Origin: an uncultured Chloroflexia bacterium
Lineage (GTDB): Bacteria > Chloroflexota > Anaerolineae > B4-G1 > SLSP01
Assembly: GCA_963751345.1 (NCBI GenBank)
Contig: CAVVUS010000030.1
Coordinates: 128,001-192,000 of the forward strand
Reading direction: 5' to 3'
Length of the DNA stretch: 64,000 bases
In this document: piece after piece, positions 32,001 through 41,760 of the stretch
Numbering within the stretch: position 1 is the stretch's first letter
Layout of the letters: every line of letters starts with the position of its first letter
Notes under the pieces: generated by a model
Databases searched by the model: none
Told to the model about the DNA's origin: nothing
What the model saw: the letters and a program-made list of their open reading frames with translations, nothing else
Position numbers and translations under genes: made by a program

Positions 32001-32728
32001 CGCACTCGTGGGTCGGTGACCTCGTCATCTCCCTCGAACAGGTCTCAACAGGGAAGACGATCACCCTTTTCGATCGCCCGGGGCTGCCCCCAGACACGTT
32101 TGGGTGCAGCGGGAGCAACCTGGCGGTAACGTTCGATGACGAAGCCGCCCTTGCCGCAGAAGACAGCTGTCAGAATGCGACACCGGCTTACCCACTGGAC
32201 AGCTCACTTCGGCCTAATGAACCGTTGAGCGGCTTTGTGGATTCGGCCTTGGCGGGAGAATGGCAGTTGCACGTCGTCGACCTCGCCTCCTCAGACGTGG
32301 GCAGCTTGGACGGATGGTGCCTGATTCCGGTTGCGCAGCCGGTCCCCTTTGCGGCGTTCACCAGCGCGACCTACACCGCCACGACGGCGCCGACGGTTGT
32401 CCCGATATCGGTGACGCTTAGCCATCCCACGGCCCTCACAGTGACCGTCGACTATGCCACGGTTGATCGTAATGGCATCGCAGGCGCCGGCTATGTAGCC
32501 ACCCACGGGACTTTGACCTTTCCCCCCGGAACCCTAGAGCGGCAATTCGGGGTCCCGATCACCAGGCTACCCTTGACGACCACCCAGGCGATCACGCTTT
32601 CGCTCAGTAATCCCGAACATGCCGCACTCGGGCAGCCCAACCTCGCCTCACTGAAGCTATGGGGGTTCCCCTATCGCCTCTATCTTCCCGTTTACTACGT
32701 CAGCATAGACTGGTCAACCGGCCCTTAG
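29025..32728 (+). CDS. Secreted S8 subtilisin-like protease with P-domain and Calx-beta-like C-terminal domains; frameshift near 31310-31350
   Basis: Signal peptide; catalytic DDGID, GHG, SAGN and SGTSHSAP. The downstream frame has HSWVGDL (P-domain), VTVDYAT..GTLTF and a terminal LYLPV. Confidence 0.85.
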
Positions 32729-32870
32729 CCGAGATCGCCCCCAGCATCACGACTCGATCCAACCCGCGCGTCCTTGGCCTCCAGCCTTTCCGATCACGAA
32801 AGTATTCCAACACAGGGCCAGTGCGCCTCGGATTTACGGCATCCGAGCGGCGCTGCAGGTCACCAGATCT

Positions 32871-32898
32871 TTGACAGACACACCAATCCCGGTACAAT
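32871..32898 (+). promoter_or_regulatory. Sigma70-type promoter for the xdhD-like gene
   Basis: TTGACA-N16-TACAAT. Confidence 0.7.
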
Positions 32899-32938
32899 GA
32901 CATGAATTGGCCGGTTTGAGTATCGTGTTCGAGGAGCT

Positions 32939-35900
32939 ATGGAGATCACGCCGACAGTCACCTGTCGCATCGTTCTGAACGGCGAACGTCGTCAATTCGA
33001 CGTTATGCCCCGTGATACATTGTTCCGCCTGCTGCGACGCGAGGGACTCCGCAGTGTGAAGTTCGGCAGCGAGGATGGTGCAGACGGTTACAGCACGGTG
33101 CTTGTGAACGGCCGCCTCTGCAACAGTGTGGTGACGCTTGCAGCCCAGGTGGACGGTGCGGAGATCCTCACCCTCGAAGGGCTGGCACAGCAGCCACGGC
33201 CCGGTTGGAATCGTGACCGCACTTGGCATCCACTGCAGCAGGCCTTCATAGAGACGGGGGCCATCCAGAGCGGCTACGATACGCCCGCCCTGATCCTCGC
33301 AGGCAAAGCACTCCTGGATCGCGTCCCCAATCCCACCGAAGCGCAAGTCCGTGATGCAATCAGCGGTATTGTCTCACGCGAGACGGGGTACGCGAAGCCT
33401 GTCGAGGCCATCCTGAGAGCCGGTGCGATCCTGAGAGGCGAGATTCCCGGTCCGATCGGCGGGAGTTCCGGTGCGGACCTGTTCCAAATACCGGAAGAGC
33501 TATTGGCCTCGCCGCCGGCCTCCCTATTGGATGATGGACAGGCCCCCTTCGAAACGGGAGGCGCTGCTCAGCCCGGCGTCCAGACCCGTGTACGGACCCA
33601 GCCGAAAGTCTTCGTGACCGCCGAATCACAGCGCTTCTCCGTGGTGGGACAGCCGTTGCCCAAAGTCGACGCGCCGAAACTGGCCGAGGGTCAACCGGCC
33701 TTTGTGGCCGATTTTGAGCGTCGGGGCATGCTCGTACGGGCGCATTCTTCACAGCCCCCACGCCCACGCCCGCATCCGGGCTATCGATACCCGTGAGGCC
33801 GAGAACCTGCCCGGGGTCCATGCAGTCCTGACCTACAGGAATGTACCGCGCGTCGTCTTCTCCACCGCGGGGCAATCCTACCCGATTCCCGGCCCATTGG
33901 ACTACGTCAGCTTTGACAACAAAGTCCGATACGTTGGCGACCGCGTCGCCGCCGTGGCTGCAGAGAGTCCGGAGATTGCCGAAGAGGCCCTCGGCCTGAT
34001 TCGGGTGACCTACGAAGTCCTGCCGGCGGTGCTTGACTTCGACGAGGCGATGCGCGAGGGTGCCCCGGTGATCCACGATCAGGACGATTACGTCAATTTC
34101 GGGGAGAGCGACCCCGCGCACAACCTGGTCGCCAGGGTCGACATCAACATCGGTGACGTCGACGCATCCTGCGAGGACGAAGACTGCAACGTCTTCGAGA
34201 CGACCATCGAGACCCAAAAGATGAAGCACGTGCCGCCCGAGCCCTGGGTGACCCTGACGTACTGGGACGAGGACAACCGGCTCGTGATCATGACATCGAC
34301 ACAGGTGCCATTCCACGTACGCCGGATTCTCGCGCCCGTCCTCGGGCTGTCGGAGCGCCAGATTCGTGTGATCAAGCCCCGGATCGGCGCCGGCTTCGGC
34401 AACAAACAGGAGATCTACGAGGATATTCCCGCCCACCTGACCATCGCGACCGGACGCCCGGTGCTGCTGGAATTGAGCCGTGAGGAGCAGTTTATCTACA
34501 CGACCACGCGGCATCCTATGCGCGTGACCTACAAGATCGCGGTCGAGAAGGACGGCACGATCGTGGCGCAGGATATGCACGTGCTCAGCGATACGGGCGC
34601 CTATGGCGGTCACGGGCTGACCGTGCTAGGCAACACCGGCCACAAGACACTCCCCCTGTACGACACGCCCAACGTCCGCTTCCGGGGCGAGACGTACTAC
34701 ACGAATCGTCCGCGGGCGGGTGCCTTCCGCGGCTACGGCGTCACGCAGGGCGTCGTGGCCACCGAGACACTGATCACGCGCGTGGCCCACGACCTTGGCA
34801 TCGATCCGCTGGAATTCCGCCTCAACAACATCATCGCGCCCCACACCGAGAACATCATGAGCAAGACCTGGAGTGAGGGTCGGGAGGCGCGAGGCGAGAT
34901 CATTGAAACCAATGCCCTGCGGGAGGCGGCTGTGCAGGGCGCGGCTGCAGTAGGATGGTATCAGAAGTTTGGCAGTCCCGATTGGCACATTGTGAAGGGC
35001 AGCCCCCACTTGCGGCGTGGCATCGGGGTCGCCTTCTTGATGCAAGGCTCCGGCATCCCGAATCTCGACATGGCCGCGGCCAGCATCAAGATGAACGACG
35101 ACGGTTCCTTCAACCTGATGATGGGGGCCACCGATCTCGGAACAGGATCCGATACGGTGCTGGGCCAGATCGCGGCCGAGGTGCTGGGATGTGGGTTGGA
35201 CAGCCTGATCATCCGCTCTTCGGACACGGACGTCACCCCATTCGACAAGGGAGCTTACGCTTCCAGCACAACCTATATCAGTGGCGGGGCCGTCGCACGC
35301 GCTGCAGAGGAGGTCGCACAGCAGATTCGCGCGGTCGCCGCCGAGATGACGGGGAGCGACCCGGCGTCTTTCACACTTCGGGAGGGGCACGCGTGGGGCG
35401 AAGACGGCTCGAGTCTCAGCTTTCGGGAGATCGCGCTCTTTGCCCTGCACACCCAGAACCAACACCAGATTATGGGACATGCGTCGTTTGTGAGTCCGGT
35501 CAGCCCACCGCCATTTGCGGCCCAGTTCGCAGAGGTAACCGTCGATCTGGAAACCGGGCAAACCACAGTCGACGAGCTGCTGATTGCGCTGGACTCAGGT
35601 CAGATCATCAATCCGTTAACGGCCAGCGGGCAAGCCGAGGGGGGCATGCACCAGGCACTTGGGTATGCGTTGACGGAGGAACTGATCTACGACGAGCAAG
35701 GCCGAACGGTTAACCCTCGATTTGACGACTATCGCGTCTTCCGGGCAGACGAAACGCCACCTATGCGAACCATCTTCGTCGAGACGTTCGAGCCATCCCA
35801 TCCTGTGGGGGTCAAGTCGGTGGCCGAGATCGTCGTCAATGGCGTCGCGCCGGCCGTCGTCAACGCCATCTATGATGCCACCGGCATTATGATGCGCCGG

Positions 35901-35966
35901 ACGCCGGTGACGCCCGAGCGATTGTGGCAAGCGATCAGAGCCCAGGCGCCGGTGGAGGTGGATTAA
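32939..35966 (+). CDS. xdhD: XdhD/YgfN-like xanthine-dehydrogenase-family molybdoenzyme (fused ferredoxin-like and Moco domains); frameshift near 33734
   Basis: SPHAHARI, GQSYPIPGPLD, STQVP, GAGFGNKQ, AFRGYG, SGIPNLD, FDKGAYASS and GVKSVAE resemble recalled E. coli XdhD motifs. Confidence 0.75.
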
Positions 35967-35995
35967 GTAGAGGGCTGACATCCAGGATACCGCCG

Positions 35996-36022
35996 GCGGC
36001 GCGACATCAGAGCGCCGCTTTT
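35996..36022 (+). terminator. Intrinsic terminator after the xdhD-like gene
   Basis: GCGGCGC/GCGCCGC stem followed by TTTT. Confidence 0.6.
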
Positions 36023-36055
36023 CATTAGAGGGAAGGAAGAGGAAGGAAGAGAGCT

Positions 36056-37936
36056 ATGGATTGGGAAAGATATCATCTACCTGTAGAAGCTGCCCGCATT
36101 GTGAAGGCTTGTCCCAGCCTGACGATTGCGAGCACGATGGACGAGTTGATCAACCTGGCGTGCGGCGGGCTGGGCAGCAACCACTTCGAGGTTGCCTACG
36201 ATGTGCCCGAACTCGGCGAGACGGTTGAGGCTATCGTGGCCCGGGTGCGCAACGGCGTCTCGGTTAACTACCCTGAGCCGTATATGCGACGGCGTGATCC
36301 CGACTGCCTGGTCGTGGCCGACGACGGTCCGACCGACAAGTCCACCTATTGGGAGCGCTATGGGGAAGATTTCGGCGGCGTGCGAGAAGCCACGTTCGCG
36401 TGGTTGGCTGCGCGCCCCCTGGTTATGTTCGGATATGTCGCCGGACAGCCCGGTATGGGCATGGACTCCGTGGCCATCGCGCCCGCGAATGCGGGGTTCT
36501 TTGCCCTGAGCTTGGCCCTGTTACAAGGCATCATTCCCGAGGATGATATCCCCGAGAATTTCATGCCGCGGTCCATCATCTACGTCGCTCCGCCCTTCCG
36601 CCATACTCACTATGACGGCAGGCAAGTTGTTGTCCATAACCGGCTGCCCGAGATCCACGAGGTCTTCTCCTACAACCTCTATCCCGGACCCAGTGCCAAG
36701 AAGGGCGTATATGGAATGCTGCTGGCACAGGGAGAGCGGGAGGGCTGGGTGACGACCCACTGCGCCACCGTCAGGGTCGTGACCCCGTACGACAACGTGA
36801 CCACGATGATGCACGAGGCTGCCAGCGGCGGCGGCAAGAGCGAGCTGCTGGAGCACGCCCACCGGGAGGACGATGGTCGTCTGATGCTGGGCGAAAACAT
36901 GCTCACCGGGGAGCAGCGCTTCCTGGAGATCCCACGGTCCTGCGAGCTCCAACCCGTGACGGATGATATGGCGCTCTGCCACCCCTCCCTGCAATCGGAC
37001 TCGGGTAAGCTCACGGTCACCGATGCCGAGGAGGCCTGGTTTCTCCGCGTGAACCACATTGACCATTACGGCACGGACGTACACCTGGAGCGCCTGACGG
37101 CGGAGCCGCCCGTGCCCCTGCTCTTTATGAACCTCTATGCGGTGCCCGGCAGCCGCGCCTTGATCTGGGAGCATATCGAGGACGAGCCAGGCAAGCCATG
37201 TCCCAATCCGCGGGTGGTTATCCCCAGACGGATCGTGCCGGATGTGGTGAATGAGCCCGTTCAGGTCGACATCCGGAGCTATGGCGTGCGGACGCCCCCG
37301 TGCACCGAGGAGCACCCCACCTATGGCATTATCGGGCTTTTCCATCTCCTGCCACCGGCCCTGGCCTGGCTGTGGCGGCTCGCGGCACCACGCGGTCACG
37401 ACAACCCCAGCATTATCGATACCAAGGGGATGAGCAGCGAAGGTGTTGGGTCCTACTGGCCTTTCGCCACGGGCCTGCGAGTGGATCAGGCGAACCTGCT
37501 GCTGGCTCAGTTCCGCGACAACCCCAATACTCGCTATGTCCTCTGTCCCAACCAATACATCGGCGTTTGGCGGGTGGGCTTTATGGCCGAATGGATTATG
37601 CGCGAATACCTGGCGCGCCGCGGAAGCGCTAAGTTCAAGGCAGATCAGATACGACCGGCACGGACACCGCTGCTGGGTTACGCCCTGCATCAGCTCCAGA
37701 TCGAGGGCCGGTTTGTCTCGCGATGGTTTCTCCAGGTCAACACTCAACCCGAGGTCGGCAACGGCGGTTACGATGAAGGGGCTCGGATTCTCTACGACTT
37801 CTTCCGCCAAGAACTGGGCCTCTTCATGACAGAGGGGCTCGATCCACTCGGCCGCCAGATTATCGAGTGTTGCCTCGACAACGGGTCGGTTCGCGACTAC
37901 TCACAGCTCATCCCCCAAGTTGACTTCGTGGATTAG
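36056..37936 (+). CDS. DUF4914-family protein (PEPCK-like motifs)
   Basis: 626 aa; YPGPSAKKG, HEAASGGGKSE, TDD, CPNPR, GVGSYWPF. Confidence 0.8.
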   Translation: MDWERYHLPVEAARIVKACPSLTIASTMDELINLACGGLGSNHFEVAYDVPELGETVEAIVARVRNGVSVNYPEPYMRRRDPDCLVVADDGPTDKSTYWERYGEDFGGVREATFAWLAARPLVMFGYVAGQPGMGMDSVAIAPANAGFFALSLALLQGIIPEDDIPENFMPRSIIYVAPPFRHTHYDGRQVVVHNRLPEIHEVFSYNLYPGPSAKKGVYGMLLAQGEREGWVTTHCATVRVVTPYDNVTTMMHEAASGGGKSELLEHAHREDDGRLMLGENMLTGEQRFLEIPRSCELQPVTDDMALCHPSLQSDSGKLTVTDAEEAWFLRVNHIDHYGTDVHLERLTAEPPVPLLFMNLYAVPGSRALIWEHIEDEPGKPCPNPRVVIPRRIVPDVVNEPVQVDIRSYGVRTPPCTEEHPTYGIIGLFHLLPPALAWLWRLAAPRGHDNPSIIDTKGMSSEGVGSYWPFATGLRVDQANLLLAQFRDNPNTRYVLCPNQYIGVWRVGFMAEWIMREYLARRGSAKFKADQIRPARTPLLGYALHQLQIEGRFVSRWFLQVNTQPEVGNGGYDEGARILYDFFRQELGLFMTEGLDPLGRQIIECCLDNGSVRDYSQLIPQVDFVD

Positions 37937-37989
37937 TCGAGGTTATACTGAATTCACCTGAAAAAGATACAGCGATAAGGAGGATCAAA

Positions 37990-38310
37990 ATGATCGACCG
38001 AGCACGTCAAATTACCAAGATGATGGGATACGACAGTATCGACGAAACCCTGGCTGCCATCGGGAGTGGAGAGCTGGTCCTGCTCAAGCTCCCGGAGCAG
38101 GAGCGGCTGCAGGCCTCCCAGTGGTTGAGGGCACGGATCCCTGCGGTCCGCAGCGAAGACGAAATCCTGGCGGAGATTCTCGATGACGTCGCGGACGGCC
38201 TGGATATGGCCATGGAGCTGACACGCTATCCTGTCGACACAGATGTCTGCGAGATGAATCTACCCCACGGATGGCCAAGCTATTGCGACAAAGAGGCCAT
38301 CGTCGAGTGA
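37990..38310 (+). CDS. Hypothetical protein
   Basis: AAGGAGG RBS; 106-aa ORF in operon-like context. Confidence 0.7.
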   Translation: MIDRARQITKMMGYDSIDETLAAIGSGELVLLKLPEQERLQASQWLRARIPAVRSEDEILAEILDDVADGLDMAMELTRYPVDTDVCEMNLPHGWPSYCDKEAIVE

Positions 38311-38337
38311 AAGGGCTTGTCCCAGGGAGGCTTCCGT

Positions 38338-38640
38338 ATGGAATTGCCTGAGCAGAATATACGTGTGGTCGCCGCTGATCCCATCGAGGTGGGGGATCGG
38401 CGGATTTTGCCTTCGGTATTGGTCAACACGATGTCTCGCCGGTGGAGCGGGCGGGGGCTATTCCAGTCTGTACGCCTGCGACCCGTCTCTGTCGTCGTGG
38501 AGACGCCAGATGGTGCCACCTGGCACGAAATCCCCAACACGACGGCCAACACCCTGAGCACGATGGCGGCGGCAGCGGCGAGCATCGCGCTCATCAGTGT
38601 GGTACTCATCGGCGTAAGCCGAGTTCTCAGGCGCAAGTGA
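38338..38640 (+). CDS. Small YtfJ/GerW-like membrane protein
   Basis: DPIEVGDRRILP...LRPVSVVV pattern with a C-terminal TM helix; GGGAGG RBS. Confidence 0.55.
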   Translation: MELPEQNIRVVAADPIEVGDRRILPSVLVNTMSRRWSGRGLFQSVRLRPVSVVVETPDGATWHEIPNTTANTLSTMAAAAASIALISVVLIGVSRVLRRK

Positions 38641-38655
38641 AAGGAAGGGACTGAC

Positions 38656-39150
38656 ATGGAAGGATTGCAGGCCATCATCGAGCGGCTGGAGAAGCTGCCG
38701 GAAGAGGTCAATGTCAACGCTGTCTTCGGCAAGCCGGAGACGATTGAAGGACGCGTATTGATTCCCGTAGCCGAGGTGACCTACGGCTTTGGCATCGGGG
38801 CCGGCTCTGCGCCTGGCGCGGAGTGTCAATGCGAATGCGAAGGAGAGGACGAGGGCGATGCCTGCTGCGCAGATGGCGAATGCGCGTGTGGGGACGACGA
38901 TGCGGGCGATGAATGTTGCGCGGATGGCGAATGTGCCTGCGGCGAGGACCATGGCCGCACTGCCTCCGGCGCCGGTGGCGGCGCCGGAGCCAAGGCCCGC
39001 CCGATTGCATACATTGAGGTTGGTCCTGAGGGAGCCCGCGTCCAGCCAATCATCGATGAACAGAAGGTGGCCCTGGCAGGCATTCTTCTCGGTGCGTGGG
39101 CGGTCGGCTGGGTAGGGCTGGTTCTCAAGACACTCTTCACGCGGCGTTAG
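38656..39150 (+). CDS. YtfJ/GerW-family protein with a Cys/acidic insert
   Basis: VFGKPETIEGRVLIPVAEVTYGFGIG...GAGGGAGAKARPIAYI; C-terminal TM helix. Confidence 0.8.
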   Translation: MEGLQAIIERLEKLPEEVNVNAVFGKPETIEGRVLIPVAEVTYGFGIGAGSAPGAECQCECEGEDEGDACCADGECACGDDDAGDECCADGECACGEDHGRTASGAGGGAGAKARPIAYIEVGPEGARVQPIIDEQKVALAGILLGAWAVGWVGLVLKTLFTRR

Positions 39151-39160
39151 CCGGAACCGA

Positions 39161-39958
39161 ATGCCGCTGCAGCGAGTCGAACACGCCGAGGTGGGGGTTA
39201 CGTGGTACCGCTTCGGCGAGCCCGAATCCGGCGCTCATGCAGGCTTCCGGCACGCGATGGTGACCCGTCTCGGCGGCACAAGTGGGCATCCCTTCAACAG
39301 CTTGAACCTCGGTAGTAGCGTAGGGGATGACGACGATGCGGTTCGCTCGAACCACGAGCGGCTATTTCGTGCGATGGGCCTCTCCGAGGGACAGGTCGTC
39401 AGCCCGCACCAGGTCCACGGTCGACGCGTCGCTGTCGTCGGTCTGGGAGACGGTGGGAGCGTCATCCCCGAGACAGACGCACTCGTCACAGACCAACCGG
39501 GCCTCGCGCTGCTGCTACGATTTGCGGATTGTGTGCCGGTACTCTTCTATGACCCGGTCCATCATATCGCAGCCCTAGCTCACGCCGGCTGGCGGGGCGT
39601 CGCGGCGAAGGTTGTCGCCGCCACCGTCTCCACTATGACCGACAGCTTTGGCTCGATGCCCCAAGACCTTTGGGCAGGCATTGGTCCCGCCATCGGGCTT
39701 GACCACTATGCGGTGGGCGAAGAGGTCGTGACCGCGGTACAACCAACGGTTCCGGCGGAGATGCAGATAGCAACGCAGACGCACGGGCAGTGGTACGTGG
39801 ATCTCGCCGGGGCGGTTTACGGACAGTTGGCCGGGCTGGGGATTATGCGCGTCGATCAGGCAGCTATCTGCACAGCTTGCCACACCACCGAATGGTATTC
39901 TCATCGTGCGGAAGCGGGCAAGACAGGGCGGTTTGGTGTGCTGGCGATGCTGACGTGA
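39161..39958 (+). CDS. pgeF: PgeF/YfiH-family protein (peptidoglycan editing factor / purine nucleoside enzyme)
   Basis: QVHG, FADCVPV, HAGWRG, IGPAI, YSHR. Confidence 0.9.
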   Translation: MPLQRVEHAEVGVTWYRFGEPESGAHAGFRHAMVTRLGGTSGHPFNSLNLGSSVGDDDDAVRSNHERLFRAMGLSEGQVVSPHQVHGRRVAVVGLGDGGSVIPETDALVTDQPGLALLLRFADCVPVLFYDPVHHIAALAHAGWRGVAAKVVAATVSTMTDSFGSMPQDLWAGIGPAIGLDHYAVGEEVVTAVQPTVPAEMQIATQTHGQWYVDLAGAVYGQLAGLGIMRVDQAAICTACHTTEWYSHRAEAGKTGRFGVLAMLT

Positions 39959-39989
39959 CCCGGCAAGTATCGGACCTACAACGACATAT

Positions 39990-40025
39990 AAAGACGGTGC
40001 CCAGGGTTGCCTGGGCACCGTCTTT
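39990..40025. terminator. Bidirectional terminator between convergent genes
   Basis: aaagacggtgcccagg gttg cctgggcaccgtcttt: perfect 16-bp stem. Confidence 0.85.
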
Positions 40026-40043
40026 AGGTCTCAACGAGACCCT

Positions 40044-41725
40044 CTATGGGGCCAGACCGTCTATTTGGAACGTGAACCCCAGGATGTTGAGCAGGACCGA
40101 CGTTGCCTCCTCCGGCGCGGTGAACTGCAGTTCGAAGTCCTGATAGCCATCTGCAGCCACTGTCCACGGCAGAAGTGGCGACGCAGCCGCCAGGCTGCTT
40201 GTGCCATCGCTCGACGTGAGGTCGACCAGGTCGGCAGCCACCGCCAGATCCGACTTCCCATCGTTATACACGGTTCCGGAGACGACCAGGACATTCCGGC
40301 CCCGGTCGAGAAACACGTCGGTGAGCTCGACATCCGGCACCGCGGGACCCGGCGCCGGCGGCTTGAAACCGGTGACGAATCTTGCCGAATCGCTGGACGC
40401 GGGGTCGGCCCTGAAGATCCAAACGAGCGGCACCGCGACCGTGCGTGGGATCACATAGCCGGCGCTCCCCTGCGCGGTGGCGCCAGGCGCCAGGCTGAGG
40501 TTGAGCCGACCGTGCTGTCCAAGCTCAGTCGCCGCCTCGTTTAGCACGTATCGCTGCCCATCGCCGTCCTCAAGGACCATATCGAAAAACCCGGCGTCCA
40601 CGGGTGAACCGGTTGTGTTCATCACCTGATACTCGACCACGAAATACCACGAAGCCGGATCGGTCGTCGCGTCCGGCAGTATGTCCGCGCTATCAATCTG
40701 GACGTTAAGCCCATCCGCGCTCTGCTCGGCTGCCGGCAACGTGTCCTCAGGCAGATAACGTGCCTGCACCACCAGCCGGTTGGGGCGATCGTTACCCAGG
40801 ATCAAGAGCGTGATCTCGGGCTTGCCCTGCGCCATGGGCGAGAGATCGGCAGCGTCCACCCGCTTCGTCTGCGGCGACCCGAACGCCAGGGTCGTGCCAT
40901 TCTCCAGCGTGAGCGTGATGCGATCACCACTGGTGAGACCCGCCAATAACGATTCGGTATCCGTCGTATAGGGCAGCCCAATGACGTAGTTGATCAGTGT
41001 GCCGTAGATCCAGAGCCCCAGATTATCCTGCTCCGCCGGCAGTGGCCACCGTCCCTGCTCCGGCAAAACAGCCGTGACCGGGTATCGCGTGCCGGATATA
41101 TCCAAGGCCGTAGGCGCGATGGTCCGCAGCGGCGTATTGTCCTCGAGAATGACCGTCCGGTCCTGTGGGATCTCGGGAGGAGAAATGAAGGTCATAAGCT
41201 TGGTCACACCTACAGACTCGGCCCCGCCTGTGGCGACGATTGCGCTGGAGAGAAAGTGCCGCACCGACGGCAACGCTCACAATAACGCAGCCGCCGATGA
41301 TAATGAGCAAGATCGCCCAGGTAGGGGGAGAGATTCTGCGACGCTCCGAAATGGCTCTCCGGCGCAGGGGGCTGGGTTTCCGGGCGCAGCTCACCGGTCT
41401 GAACATCGCGCCACACCGGTTCCGGCGCCATAGTAGGGGGGGCAGGAGGCTCAGGAGGCTGTTGTGACATGCTTGCCGGTTCCACCGGTTCATCCTCCGC
41501 TGTTCCAGCCGTGAAGTAGTCGTAGGCCCGCCGCTTCTCAGCGTTGGCCAGGATATCGTATGCCTCGTTGACTTCCTTGAAATGTTCTTCAGCATCGGGA
41601 TCGATGCTGAGATCAGGGTGGTAGACGCGCGCCAGCCGTCGATAGGCCAGTCGGATCTCCTCCAACGATGCCTGCGACGACACACCCAGGATAGCGTAAT
41701 AGTCCTTGACGGTCTTCTGGGTCAT
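40044..41725 (-). CDS. J-domain membrane protein with an extracellular sortase-like domain and DUF4352-like Ig domains; frameshifts near 41330 and 41240
   Basis: DYYAILGV...HPD J-domain, TM helix ([19 protein letters not shown]), then beta-rich domains ([16 protein letters not shown]). Confidence 0.7.
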
Positions 41726-41760
41726 AGATGACGCCTCGGGCGGTATCGGTTCAGACGCGA

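Noticed and set aside
36031-36050. GGAAGGAAGA tandem duplication before DUF4914
   Set aside because: A simple purine-rich duplication in the RBS region with no further structure.
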